Shown here: positions 37,340 to 50,508 of the stretch, in pieces
How positions within the stretch are numbered: the first letter of the stretch is position 1
How the letters are laid out: each line of letters opens with the position of its first letter
NCBI RefSeq assembly: GCF_964213995.1
Contig: NC_135822.1
Coordinates: forward strand, 21,266,001-21,330,000
From: Mustelus asterias
Taxonomy: Eukaryota
Reading direction: 5' to 3'
DNA length: 64,000 nucleotides
Made by a program: the position numbers and the translations under genes
The notes under the pieces: model-generated
Told to the model about the DNA's origin: nothing
The model's input: only the letters and a program-made list of their open reading frames with translations
The model's database searches: none

Positions 37340-38640
37340 ATAGAGAGGATGAGGTAAGTGTATATGAGAGGGGTGTGTGAGAGAGGGACTGAGCTGAGGA
37401 TATGTGGGAGGTGTGTGTGTGAGAGGGGGACTGAGATGAAGGTATGTGGGAGGAGTGTGTATGAGAGAGGGGCTGAGGTGAGGGTATGTGGGAGGTGTGT
37501 GTTGTGAGAGAGAGGGGGACAGGGATGAAAGTATGTGGGAGGTGTGTGTGAGAGAGGGACTGAGATAAGGGTATGTGGGCGGTGTGTGTGTGTGAGAGGG
37601 ACTGAGATAAGGGTATGTGGGAGGTGTGTGTGAGAGAGGGACTGAGATGAGGGTATGTGGGAGGTGTGTGTGTGTGAGAGAGGGACTGAGATGAGGGTAT
37701 GTGGGCGGTGTGTGTGTGTGAGAGGGACTGAGATAAGGGTATGTGGGAGGTGTGTGTGAGAGAGGGACTGAGATGAGGGTATGTGGGAGGTGTGTGTGTG
37801 TGAGAGAGGGACTGAGATGAGGGTATGTGGGAGGTGTGTGTGTGAGAGGGGCTGAGATAAGGGTATGTGGGAGGTATGTGTGTGTGAGAGGGACTGAGAT
37901 GAGAGTATGTCAGAGGTGTGTGTGTGAGAGGGACTGAGATAAGGGTATGTGGGAGGTGTGTGTGTGAGAGAGGGACTGAGATGAGGGTATGTCAGAGGTG
38001 TGTGTGTGAGAGGGACTGAGATGAGAGTATGTCAGAGGTGTGTGTGTGAGAGGGACTGAGATAAGGGTATGTGGGAGGTGTGTGTGTGAGAGAGGGACTG
38101 AGGTGAGGGTATGTGGGCGGTGTGTGTGTGTGAGAGGGGCTGAGATGAAGGTGTGTGGGAGGTGTGTGTGTGAGAGGGGCTGAGATGAAGGTGTGTGGGA
38201 GGTGTGTGTGTGAGAGGGGCTGAGATGAAGGTGTGTGGGAGGTGTGTGTGTGAGAGGGGCTGAGATGAAGGTGTGTGGGAGGTGTGTGTGTGAGAGAGGG
38301 ACTGAGATGAAGGTGTGTGGGAGGTGTGTGTGTGAGAGGGGCTGAGATGAGGGTATGTGGGAGGTGTGTGTGTGAGAGGGACTGAGATGAGGGTATGTAG
38401 GAGGTGTGTGTGTGTGAGAGGGGCTGAGATGAGGGTATGTGGGAGGTGTGTGTGTGAGAGGGGCTGAGATGAGGGTATGTGGGATGTGTGTGTGTGAGAG
38501 GGACTGAGATGAGGGTATGTAGGAGGTGTGTGTGTGTGAGAGGGGCTGAGATGAGGGTATGTGGGAGGTGTGTGTGTGAGAGGGGCTGAGATGAGGGTGT
38601 GTGGGAGGTGTGTGTGTGAGAGGGGCTGAGATGAGGGTGG
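37340..38640. repeat. G-rich minisatellite, ~38-42 bp unit gagagggactgagatgagggtatgtgggaggtgtgtgtgt, roughly 30 copies
   Basis: Directly visible tandem array with variable (GT)n and (GA)n lengths. Confidence 0.97.
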
Positions 38641-38739
38641 AAGGAAGATGTAAGGATGGAAGAGGTGAAGCTGGAGGGATGAAAGGGAGAGTGTGAGGAT
38701 GGGTAGAGGGGAGGTTGTAAAGCTGGAAGAGGTGAAACG

Positions 38740-39020
38740 GGTTTAGTAGTGGCGCTGCTCGCGCTCTATTTCGGTTGGGTTTAAATTGAAGCGCGCGCTG
38801 TGGCGCGTTCGGGCACGCAGGCTGGTGACATCACGGCGCATTGCGTGACCGGGAAACGGCAGGGTCACGGTGAGGTCAGGATGCGGCCTAGGGCGGGGTG
38901 CTGAGGAACAATGAGGCAGCCGGCGGAGTCAATTTAGAGTGTGTTCAACAGCTGGCGGCGGCGGTGATAACCAGTATTCTTGGTGCCCGATTTCGCTGCT
39001 GGGAAGCCGAGGTGGCCGGC
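38740..39020 (+). promoter_or_regulatory. CpG island; probable MAD2L2 promoter and non-coding exon 1
   Basis: Dense CpG (gcgcgcgc, cggcg), GC box gggcgggg near 38891, candidate donor CG|GTGAGG at 38869/38870, about 650 nt upstream of the first coding exon. Confidence 0.7.
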
Positions 39021-39527
39021 CTTGGTTGAGGTTTCTCTGCTACCTCAGGCACGGGTTTCACAAATATCTCCAAGCTTCATTGACTAAAATGCAGCTCAAA
39101 CATTCATTGAACCTTCCAATGCACCAGTGTTGGACCACATATCAATACTGGCCCTGTTAACAGGGCTACACTGCCTGAAAGTGGCAACATGTTAATTGGT
39201 CTAAAATTGAAATAATAGAATTTGACATGTTCGATCTGATGAATGCTCAATGAAAATCATTACACATATTTCAAAAGGAAAAATATGGAAACGGGTTACT
39301 TGCTCTCTACTCCTATAAGATATTCCCTCAGATAAAGCTTTTGTCCACCTGTCCTAATATTGTACATGGCTCAGTGCCAGATTTTTTTTTAACGCTTCTG
39401 CAAATTGTCTCGGGATGATTTATTACATATTGTTCATCTGCAGGTGGGATAAGGAATAAACAATTTTTAACCCTGCCATCTGGATTAATTACAAATGATT
39501 TTGTTTCTCCGACAGGTGTTCGTGGAC

Positions 39528-39567
39528 ATGGCCACCCTCACACGACAAGATCTCAATTTTGGACAAG
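39528..39567 (+). CDS. MAD2L2: MAD2L2 coding exon 1 ([13 protein letters not shown])
   Basis: Acceptor gacag ends at 39515, ATG at 39528, donor G|GTGCAG. Confidence 0.93.
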
Positions 39568-42500
39568 GTGCAGTTTTTGTTATTCTTACTTTGTCAGTCA
39601 ATGATATTCTGTGTAAAATTATTTTTTAAATTATTTTGTCAATTGATTCCTTTTGCTCCCTTCAGAAGCTGCTGATTGGTTGGGGTACAGTTCGACGCAA
39701 CTGGTTGCCTGCTGAAGCTTGCCCTAGTAGTTACTGGATAAGTCAGTGTGGGGGACATCATAACTGAACCTGATCTCTTATTCACTTTGTCACTTTTAGG
39801 TGGAGTTATTGGTGATGATTAGAAACAGAAATTAGGGTACAGTATTTATTTTGGAGTCCTCTGACAGGGATGTAGAGGTCTCTACCAATTGCCTCACAAT
39901 ACTTTGTGTAGTGTAGGTTCAATAGCGTTCAACCTATTTTTATAATTCTGTTTCTCTTCCCTATATTTTCCTGAAACCCAGGCATACGCGACAGGTTATG
40001 TCCCAATGTCTTTGCATCCAAGCTGTGTAACTGGTCTCATCTTCTCTCTGCCTCTCCAGTGGTTGCGGATGTACTGTGTGAATTTCTAGAAGTGGCTATT
40101 CATATGATCCTGTATGTCCGGGAGGTTTATCCAATAGGAATCTTTCAGAAGAGGAAGAAGTATAACGTACCTGTCCAGGTGAGACACAAGATGAGCTTCC
40201 AGCTTGTTAATAGTCTGAAGCAATGATCTGCAGTTCATTGTTTATTTTCTGAATGTTGTATCACACGACACATTTGGTCACGACATTTTTGAGTTTGTTT
40301 ATTATGGAGCTGACGTTGGGATTTTATGCTTTAAATAAAGTTGAGAATCACTTTTTTGCTGAATGACACATTGTTTACCCTGTTTGTTTAGATGTCGTGT
40401 CACCCGGAGCTTAACCAATACATCCAGGACACACTGCACTGCATCAAACCTCTGATCGAGAAGGTGAGGAAAACTTTTAATTGGCTGTTTCCATCATCAT
40501 GCACAACTGTTTATATGAATGTAGATTTTTGTCATGGACAAAATTTGTGTTTTCATGATGCCCCTAATCAGTGTGTTTTGTTAGTGTATTTTTTTTACCT
40601 TGCGTGATTGTCCCAATTTAAATAATTTGAGCAGCAAACTTTTTTGAGTTTAAAAATAAAGGTTGCTTTCCCACACTTGCCCTCTTTTGTTTAAAACACA
40701 GTATTGCTCACTCCTTACATATGCTATCATTCTCAAGGATTAGACATAGATCATAGAATCCCTATAGTACAGAAGGAGACCCATCGAGTCCACACCGACA
40801 ACAATCCCACCGTAATCCCGGAACCCCACATATTTACCCTGCTAATCCCCACAAAATTAGGGACAATTTAGCATGGTGAATCAACCTAACCTGCACATCT
40901 TTGGACTGTGGGAGAAAACCGGAGCACCCGGAGGAAACCCACACAGACACGGGGAGAACGTGCAGACTCCACACAGACAGTACCTGAACCAGGAATCAAA
41001 CCCGGGTCCCTGGTGCTGTGAGGCAGCAGTGCTAAACACTGTGCCGCCATGCTAATAAAATATATATTTAAAATATGATTACAAAGTATAATTGTCTCAG
41101 TCTCTCTTTTGTGGCAGGGAAAACATCTGTCTATCCAGCCTCTTCATATAACTTAAACCATTAAGTCCCAGTAGCATCCTAGTAAATCTTTTCTCCACTC
41201 TTTCTAGTTTAACAATATCTTTCTATATGGTCACAGGTCTCCGGTTTGAAAAACAACCCTCTACAACCATCTTCTGTCGTCAAGCTAATTTTCTATCCAG
41301 TTGACTACCTGGATCCTGTGAGATTTAACCTTGTGCAACAACCTATCATGCGGTATCTTGTCAAAGGCCTTGCTAACGTCAACTGTACTGCCCTCATCTA
41401 CCTTCTTAGTTACCGCTTCAAATTCGCGAGACATGATTTTCCACTCTCAAAACCATGCTGACTGTCCCTAATCAGTCCTTGACTCTCTAAATGCCTGTAG
41501 ATTCCGTCTCAGAATACCTTCAAACAACTTACTGCTACAGATGTTAGGCTCACCGGCCTGTAGTTCCCAGGCTTTTCCCTGCAGCACTGCCACCCTCCAC
41601 TCCCTCCAATGGGGTGGCACGGTAGCACAGTGGTTAGCACTGCTGCTTCACAGCACCAGGGATCTGGGTTCGATTCCCGGCTTGGGTCACTGTGTGGAGT
41701 TTGCACGTTCTCTGCGTGGGTTTGCTCCAGTTTCCTCCCACATTCTGAAGGACATGCTGGTTAGGTGCCCGAACAGGCGTCTGAATGTGGCGACTAGGGG
41801 AATTTCACAGTAACTTCATTGCAGTGTTAATGTAAGCCTTACTTGTGACTAATAAATAAACTTTAAACTTTTACTTTACAGGCACCTCATCTGTGGCTGT
41901 TGATGATTCAAATATCTCTGCTAGGGAACCTGCAATTTCCTCCCTAGTCTCCCACAATGTCCTAGGGTACACTTCATTAGGTCCTGGGATTTGTCTACCT
42001 TAATATGTTTTAAGACTTCTAGCACCACCTTCTCTGTAACATATACACTCCTCAAGACATCACTTTATTTCCCTAAGTTCCCTAATATCCATGCCTTTCT
42101 CAAAAGTAAATATTGATGAGAAATATTCATTTAGGATCTCTTGTGGATCCGTCCATAGATGACCTTGGTGATCTTTCTCCCTAGTTACTCTTTTGCCCTT
42201 TGTATTTGTAAAAGCTCTTTGGATTCTCCTTTGCCTTATCTGCCAAAGCAATCTCATGTCCTGTTTTTGCCCTCCTGATTTCTCTCTCATCTTTACTCCG
42301 ACACCCTCTATACTCTTAAAGGGATCCACTTGATCCCAGCTGCCTATGCATGTCATATGCCTCCTTCTTCTATTTGACCAGGACCTTAATATCCTGAGTC
42401 ATCCAGGGTTCCCTACTTCTACCAGCTTTGCCCTTCACTGTGAAAGGAATGTGCTTACCCTGAACCCTGGTTAACACACTTTTGAAAGCCACCCACTTAC

Positions 42501-45500
42501 CAGACATTCCTTTGCCTGCCAACATACTTCTCCAATCAACCTTTGAAAGTTCCTGTCTATTACCATCAAAATTGGCCTTACCCCAATTTAGAATTTTAAC
42601 TTTTGGGCCAGACCTATCATTCTCCATAGCTATATTAAAACTAATGGAATTATGGTCCCAAAGTGATCCCTCACTAACCCTTCTGTCATCTGCCCTTCCT
42701 TATTTCCCAAGAGGAGGTCAAATATTGCCCCCTCTCTGGTCGGGCCATCCACATACTGAATGAGAACTTCCTCCTGAATACACTCAACAAATTTCTCTCC
42801 CTCCAAGCCCCTAATGCTATGGCTGTCCCATCAATGTTGAGAAAGTTAGTCTCCTACTATTACCACCTTATTTTTCTTGGAGCTATCTGTAATCTCCTTA
42901 CATGTTTGCTCCTCAATTTCCTGCTGACTATTTGGGGGCCTATCAATAGGTATCAGTCAGTACAATCCTATCAAAGTGATCTCCCCCTTATTTCTCAGTT
43001 CTACCCATATAGAGTCAGTGGGCGAATCTTTGAATATATCCTCTCTCAGTACTGCCGTGATGTTGTCCCAAATCAAAAATGCAAATTCCTCTCCTCTCTT
43101 ACCTCCTGTTCTCTTTCTTATAGCATCTGTATATTGAATTGCCTGTCCCTCCCTTAGCCGTGTTTCAGTAATAGCTATAAATCCCAGTCCCATGCACCCA
43201 TCTATGCCCTGAGTTTATCTGCCTTGCCCATCGGGCCTCTTGCATTGAAATAAATGCAGTTTAATCTAGACTTCCCTTGCTCTCTGTCCTGCTTTGCCTG
43301 ACCTGTCTAGTACTCGGATTACTGACACTGTCTTTACTATTTAATGTACTCTCTCTAACTTCTGTGCTGTCCTCAACCTTCTCTTCTGTCTCCCTACTGC
43401 TTTGGGTCTCACTCCCCCCTATCAAAACTAGTTTAAACCCTCCCGAGTGGCTCTAGCAAATCTCCCCGCCAGGATATTAGTCCCCGTGCAGTTCGGGTAC
43501 AAAGTACCTCTCAAAGCATCTCCATCAACTACAAGACACAGGTCAGGAAACTCAGTAGTTACTCTGAGGGGTGAAATTGCAAAAACTCTTGATTTGATTC
43601 AGCATAGAGTAGCTCACTTAATGAACTGACTACTGGAATTTGGGATCACCCCTTATTTTTGTTAGACTGTGGCAACTCTCCAAGGTTACCTTGATATTAC
43701 CTATCAATGCAACCTGTACCACAAAGGAAGACTAAAAACAGTAAGGCTGTTGGGATACCTATCTCCTCTGAGTTCCCTTTATCCCTTTAAAGTACACACA
43801 CATCTGGATTTGAAGATCTATTGTTCCTAATGTTGCCGGACCAAAATCCTGGAATTTCCCACCTAGTGCCATTGTGCAAGCACCATCAATGCTACAGATT
43901 AAGAAAGAGCCACCCCTATCACAAACTCTGCATTAAGTGATAGTGTTCACCCACCTCCCGAGAACAAGTAGATTAATGAAAAGTCAGTGAAATCCAGCAA
44001 AGCATCGGTTTCCTCCATCTGCTGTCTGTGTATCAGCAGAAACTGTTACTTGAAGGGCCATTGCAAGTGTCTGCCAATCTTGGTTCACATCTGTTAATAT
44101 GTGGATGATCAGCTGCTTGGGAAGAGTTGCAAATGGACTGTGACCTGCAATCTTTTCCCCTGTTTAGAATGAGGTGGATCGGATGGTGGTGGTAATCCTG
44201 GACAAGGAGCATCATCCTGTGGAGCGCTTTGTCTTTGAGATATCCCAGCCTCCTCTACTATCTGTCAGGTGAGGCATTTTCAGCATTCTGTTTCTTGTAC
44301 TACCTACGTAAGGGTTGGTTTAGCTCAGTAGGCTGGACAGCTGGTTAATGATTCCACTGGTGGGGCCTTCTAGGACGAGAGGTCATAGTCTTAGGATAAG
44401 GGGAAGCAAATTTAAAACAGTGTTGAGGAGAAACTACTTCTCCCAAAGGCTTGTAGATCTGTGGAATTCACCATCCCAAAGTGTGGTGGATGCTGGGACA
44501 GTGAGTAAATTTGAGGAGTTAGATGGATTTTTAATCGGTAATGGGTTGAAACGTTATGGGGTGAAGGCAGGAAAATGGGGATGAGGAGCAAATCAGCCAT
44601 GATCGAATAGTGGAGCAGACACGATGGGCCAAATGGCCTAATTCTGCTCCTATATCTTATGAACTTATAATGATGCAGAGCAACGCCAACAATGTGGGTT
44701 CAATTCCTGTACCGGATGAGGTTATTCATGAAGGCACCGCCTTCTCAACCTTGTTCCTTGCCTGAGGTGTAGTGTTCCTCAGGTTAAATCACCACCAGTC
44801 ACAGCCTATGGTCATCTGGGACTATGGTGACTTTACTTTACTGACTACGTAACCAAAGGATTGATCAGATTCCTGAAATTGTTACAATTAAACTTGGAGT
44901 AGGGCTGATTTAATCCTTTGTTTCAAACCGAACATTTTTTAATACCATTGTTAGGTATTCCTTTTATCATGATTCTAAATATTGTAACCCCCATCCTGCT
45001 CCCTGCACTGCTACACTGAAGCAGGCAATCCCATGAAAAATTCTGAGATCAGTAGGTATAATGAACGCATTCAGGGCAGATCCATATTAACTTGGCTGGG
45101 TCAGAAAATGCACTCGTGGAAAGGCTGGATTATGAATGTGTTGTTTTCTAACTTGGATCAATTGATACTGTGGATAAAGACACAGGCTCTCAAATTATTG
45201 TACAACAAATCTCCTTTATTGTACTCTACCCAACTTACCACAGAAGTATCAAACGCTACTATTTTGTAGCACACCAGGCATCAATTTCGTTATTCACAAA
45301 GTATTTAACCTCTGATTTTACTTCCTTATACACACAGCAACTAACATTTGACTTTTTTTGTTACACACACAGTATTTAACCTCCTAAGCTACTTTGTTAT
45401 ACACACAGCATTGAAAAGGAATCAAAACTTTACTGGGAAATTGCACACCATACGAACATTAGTAGGAGTAGGTCAGATAGCCCTTTCAGCCAGATCTGCC

Positions 45501-48500
45501 ATTCTGTAAGGTCATGCCTGAATTTCTACATTTACTCCATTTTCCCATCCAATCCCTTGATGTCCTTAACACCCAAAAATATATGGATCTCAGTTTGAAA
45601 ATTTGAATGGAAGATTCTGACAAAGTATATAACAGGCCCAGCAACTCGCAAAGTAAAGCAGGGCAAAAGGGAGGGTGCAGCATTCTGTTGTGATGAATGA
45701 TTTTCCCCTAGTTGCCCCCCCCCCCCCCCCCCTCACATCACCAAATGCAAGACTGTTTTCCCTCCCCCAGACATTGATAGACCCGCCTACAATTCTGAGG
45801 AGTTTGACAAACTTAGCTAACTGATCTCCTGAGGCATTGATCATAAACAGTTTGAAAAATTGCAACTGCCTTTTTATTTCTGACTCTTTCTCACTGTTCT
45901 CAACTCCCAGTATGCTGATATTCCATTTTAACCCAATGTATGTGAGCTTGCTCTAATATTGAAACAGATTGGCTTGTTCCCGAGGCTGACATCATAAGAG
46001 TGGATGATAGAGCAGCCTGGGATCCTCTGCAAAAAAAGGTGAGGAGCGAAGAGGATCAGAGGAGCATGGGAATGTGTATAGGCATTTTCTCTATGGTTCA
46101 TAGAATTATACAGGTGAGGTCAGGATCATACATATTTGTGTTAATTCCATGGTCAAATAAACATTGAGACCAACATTTAAAGACTGTCCATCACTGAATA
46201 CCAAAGGCCAGTTGAGCAACATCCAGGAAGATCCAGTGCCTTCAGAAGTGGTGTAAACGGGAGGAAAGGGTAGATAAGGGCACTTGTATTGGTTGGATTT
46301 TCCTGTGAGATCTATTAACCTTCCTTATTATTTTTACAGCTCTGACTCGCTTCTCTCCCATGTTGAGCAGCTGCTTCGAGCATCAATCTTGAAGATCAGT
46401 GTTTGTGATGCGATTCTTGACAGCAACCCCCCAGGTAAATTTTGGTTACGATTGTGTTTGTTGGGCCCACAGTCATGGCACTTGTGAATTTTGCTTTCTT
46501 CTGCTAGGCATCCAGGGAAAAACTGACTGGATGCAATCTGACTGTTCTTTATGCTCTTCTCTGGAACAGCAACTTTTCTCTGCTACTTTCTCCCCATCTC
46601 TATTGAAGGTAACTACTCCTTCGGGGTTATGGTTTCATAGGCATCAGTTCCTCTTCAGAATCTGTAGAACACGGTGGAACAGTTTGCTGATTCTCAGCCC
46701 GAATTGTTCACCTATGTTTTTTCCTCTTGATGTTTATGGATGTTGCATATTTCCTTCGGTGTTTTTTATCTGTTTTTTGAAAGTACACTCAAACCTGCTA
46801 TTCTTGATTTTCAAGCCTGGATAGTGATCATTGTCAACCCATTTGACTGAGTAATATCATAGCTGAATGTCATTGTCAACACTGTCTCTTTTTTTAATCC
46901 CGAGACAAAAATAACTTTAGGCCATTCCTAGGACCTGAAAGCATGAAATAAAGTCCTTCACAACAAATATATGGATTCTTTGAAATCTTACTCTTCAGTA
47001 GACAAATGTATGGCTAATACATGTATAACACAGTAATGCATCAAGCAAATAAATAACTAGATTATTTGTTTTTCTTAGTATTGTTTCCATAATTCCAGGA
47101 GAGCAACTTGTTCTTCTGTGAGTAGTGCCATAGGTTTGATTACTTACTTGCTCTTGGATAGGCAGGCAGTTTAATGGTTCATCCATTGCACCAAACCTCT
47201 GACCATGTAACACCCTCAATATATCACTGAAGCACTTTTAGCCCTAACTGTTTCCCCAGATGCAGACTGGCAATTGAGCTTGTGACTTTCTAGGTCTGCA
47301 GGGCTCTGTGGACTAGTTGTCGGGTGATTGAGGGAGCATGACTTTAGAAATTTACAAAGCGATGCTTAATGCAGGAGCTGGGATAAATTGCGCCTGAGTT
47401 TTCTTCCTTTGTATGCATTAGAATTGTGCTATTTATTTCTAGGCTGTACCTTTACCGTATTGGTTCATACTCGAGATGTTGCCACTCGAAACATGGAGAA
47501 AATTCAGGTGATTAAGGTGAGTAGACCATCTGGGTTGACGTAGGGGGCTAAAGTCTGTGGTATGCAATGCATCGATAATTGTGTAGGTTAACGTTATACA
47601 TGTCTCCAGTCATTGGATCAGAGAAAAGTTCTGTTCACCAAATCTAGTTGGGAATGGCGTTAGACATTCGGGCAACCTTTGGAAGGTGAAAACTCCATAA
47701 ATATCCAGTAATCTCCTTTAGACCTTCCAGGTTGTCAGCATCAACAACATTGACCATTAGCTTAACTGAATTGGCAATATCATCACTAAGGCCAGGCCTA
47801 AGGATTCACCACCTGGCCCTTCATAGCCTCCTTGTCATCCAGAAGGCTCAATTAAGGATTGTGACAGAATTCTCTCCATTTACTTTGATGGGGTAGATGC
47901 AACATCCCCCTCGAAACACCACCCACTCGATTCAGTATCCACCATCTTCATCACTAATGTAAAGTTTGTTTCAACACTTCCAATCCAACAACCTACACTA
48001 AAAGATTATGAGCAGCAACATCATGTGGGACAATGTCACCTGCGAGTTTCCCTCAAGTCATATGCTTACCTGACTTGGATATATATTGTCGTTCCCATTT
48101 TGTCACTGGATCGATATCCTGAAGGTCGCTATCCATCACCATTCTGGGAGCGCTATCACCATAAAGGACTGCAGCAATTCAAGGAAAAGATCCACTACCA
48201 CTGCCTTGGGCAACTAGGCATAAACACATTCCTCAACTCTGAGAACAAATACACAATAAAGACTTAATTAATGCTGTTTTTCATCTTCACCATTTTGTTT
48301 GCCTATTCCCCGTGTAGGACTTCCCGTGGATCCATGCTGATGAACAGGAAGTGAACATGCGGGAGCCACGGTTAATCCCACTAAAAACTATGACATCAGA
48401 TATCTTAAAGGTAACAATTCTAGCAAGGGGTGTCTTGTGTTTTGTTTGAGTTTCTTGTGCAGTAGCTCATGAGCTTTGATTGTAAAGTTGTTAGATGTTT

Positions 48501-48827
48501 ATGAAACAATTTGGGTGGTAGCTTTGGGCAGCAAGTGAGGCCATTTGTTGAAAATACCACATGAAGGATCATCTAGTTTGTTTTCTATGAACTTCTGAAA
48601 CTGTTGGCTACCAAATGCGTGCGGTTGAAGAATTACCTCAGTTTATTGTAGCTGCTGCTTCATAGATTATATCAGAAGAACATGATAACACTGACCCCTA
48701 TAAACTGATGTATTCAGCTGTGCTATAGTCCACTGTATACACAGATTTGCACTTAATTCATGTTTTTAAAAAACTTTTTTTTCAGATGCAGTTGTATGTT
48801 GAGGAGAGAGCTCAGAAAACATTCTGA
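39528..48827 (+). CDS. MAD2L2: MAD2L2/REV7 HORMA-domain protein, join(39528-39567,40060-40178,40392-40463,44168-44268,46340-46434,47443-47516,48318-48410,48786-48827), 211 aa
   Basis: Exons total 636 nt. Translation [28 protein letters not shown]...[27 protein letters not shown]...[26 protein letters not shown] is near-identical to vertebrate REV7. Confidence 0.97.
40060..40178 (+). CDS. MAD2L2: MAD2L2 coding exon 2 (VVADVLCEF...YNVPVQ)
   Basis: 119 nt, GT-AG ends. Confidence 0.96.
40392..40463 (+). CDS. MAD2L2: MAD2L2 coding exon 3 ([24 protein letters not shown])
   Basis: 72 nt, GT-AG ends. Confidence 0.96.
40745..41048 (-). mobile_element. HE1-like SINE with CR1-type tail
   Basis: tRNA-like head, central domain, ...gggattctatg tail. 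Confidence 0.85.
41110..43500 (-). mobile_element. Degraded CR1 LINE (endonuclease and linker region) in a MAD2L2 intron
   Basis: Frameshifted CR1 peptides: [44 protein letters not shown]. Confidence 0.85.
41611..41870 (+). mobile_element. HE1-like SINE, tail type B, nested in a degraded CR1
   Basis: A/B-box-like ggtagcacagtgg and ggttcgattcc; tail ends aataaataaactttaaactt. Confidence 0.85.
44168..44268 (+). CDS. MAD2L2: MAD2L2 coding exon 4 ([33 protein letters not shown])
   Basis: 101 nt, GT-AG ends. Confidence 0.96.
44348..44670 (+). mobile_element. CR1 3' end nested in a short repeat
   Basis: [11 protein letters not shown]...[11 protein letters not shown], tail gggccaaatggcctaattctgctcctatatcttatg. 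Confidence 0.75.
46340..46434 (+). CDS. MAD2L2: MAD2L2 coding exon 5 ([31 protein letters not shown])
   Basis: 95 nt, GT-AG ends. Confidence 0.96.
47443..47516 (+). CDS. MAD2L2: MAD2L2 coding exon 6 ([25 protein letters not shown])
   Basis: 74 nt, GT-AG ends. Confidence 0.96.
48318..48410 (+). CDS. MAD2L2: MAD2L2 coding exon 7 ([31 protein letters not shown])
   Basis: 93 nt, GT-AG ends. Confidence 0.96.
48786..48827 (+). CDS. MAD2L2: MAD2L2 last coding exon ([13 protein letters not shown])
   Basis: Poly-T plus cag acceptor, TGA stop at 48825-48827. Confidence 0.95.
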   Translation: MQLYVEERAQKTF

Positions 48828-49457
48828 TTGTACATCAGATGGCCACAATGCCAAATGAAACAGATCCCAAGGCATTGGGTATATTTCATCATTGAACTGA
48901 CTTTTGGGGTTTAAGAGAAGTTTCAAACTTGTTGTAAGGTGAAACATGAGCAGGGATCAAATTCTGAATTGGTACCTTTTGGGTTTTACCCTCTTGTACC
49001 TGTGGTTTGACCATGCATATTGCATTGTGCTGAGGATGAGGTGAAATTTGGTGTAATTTTATAGTTCTAGGTTGGGCTTGGAAATAGCCTATCTCCAGCA
49101 TGATTAGGCAATGCTTTTTAACTTGGTGGTCAGACTTTCTCTGAACAGACTGTAGAGCAATTATACAGCATTGTACAAATGCATCATGCTTATCTAGATT
49201 CTGCAGCCATCCCAGCCGTTTTCTCCCAGCCTCCATAATGAATTAGTCAATGGGGTGCAAGGTTCTGGCTTTCACAAGACAGGAGGGAGCAGACCTGAGA
49301 CTAGTTGTGGTGCCCTGGAGAGGGCTTGAAGCCTTGGTTTGTACAGCATTGCTAGATGGAAGGAACTGGCTGAGCAGAAGAATATTTTGAAAATTAAAAA
49401 CAGAAATCTGTGTGATGTTTGTGTATTGTTTCTTTGTACTTTTTCTAAAATGCAGAA

Positions 49458-49463
49458 AATAAA
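49458..49463 (+). terminator. Candidate MAD2L2 polyadenylation signal AATAAA
   Basis: AATAAA about 630 nt after the stop codon, just before repeat-derived DNA begins. Confidence 0.5.
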
Positions 49464-50508
49464 GTATTTAAATACGAACTAAACCGTGCGAAATCTATTA
49501 GCAGCCTTTATAAAAGCGCATTTTCAAGTCCTCTTCCTTCTTTCTCTTGGTGGTGTAGGGAAATTGCTCAAGGTGTTTCACAGAAGCATAATAAAGCACA
49601 AATAGATGCTGAACTAGAGATGGAGATGTTTGGAGAGACGATCAAAAACTTAGTCCAAGAAGTGGATCTTAAAAAGAATTTTAAATGAGGATGGAGAGGT
49701 AGAGGAGTTTGGGGAGAGAATTTCACAGAATGGTCCCCAGAAAATACCCTGATTTATCTTGAGTGCAAAGTGGATGACTTTTACTAGCCCACATTGAATT
49801 AATTTGCCATAGTACTACCTACTCACTTGAACTCCCTATTTCTCTTTGCAATTTCCTACTTCTATCTGGACTAAACTGTCTCTACTCACTTGGTGTCACC
49901 TCGCATATATAACTCTCTTTTTTTCAACTAAGTTGAGGCCCCCATAACATTCCAGAGCATATCGCTCCTGCCACCCGGATACTTTTATCCCCACCATCGC
50001 CAATTTCCAGTCCAATTCTGTGCATTTGTAGTTTTGATGATTTCTTCTGTGCAACAGTTGCAAATGCCTTCCGGGTGTTAATTTGGATAGTGTTTGTTGA
50101 TTCCTTTACCTATCTTTGTTAGCAACCTCCTCTCAAAGCATTCAAGTAAATTAATCACACATGACAAATCTTTGTTGGCTCTCTGCTCTGCTCAAGTTCT
50201 TGGGCACTGTCCCTAATGACAAATTCTAATAGCTTCCCACAACTGAGCTTAAACTGACAGGACTGTTAAGTTGTCTGGTTTCTCTCTCTCTCTATAGTTA
50301 CAAACATATCTTCAATCTAACAGCACATTTCCATAGCTACAGAACTTTGAAATATTATTCAATTCCTTACCTTTTACTTCAGTGGAATCAAAACCATCAT
50401 GTCTTGGGGATTTATTTAGTTTAAACTTTATTTTCTCCATTCTGACATTGTTACTTGTATTAAATCCATAACTTCCTCCTGTAATTTATTTTGTTTTGCT
50501 TTGCCTGT

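Noticed and set aside
37340-38640. Repeat array as CRISPR-like or telomeric
   Set aside because: No unique spacers, no cas genes and no TTAGGG; this is a vertebrate minisatellite.
45295-45412. Short imperfect direct repeats in a MAD2L2 intron as a possible snoRNA
   Set aside because: No C/D or H/ACA box arrangement; looks like local slippage duplication.
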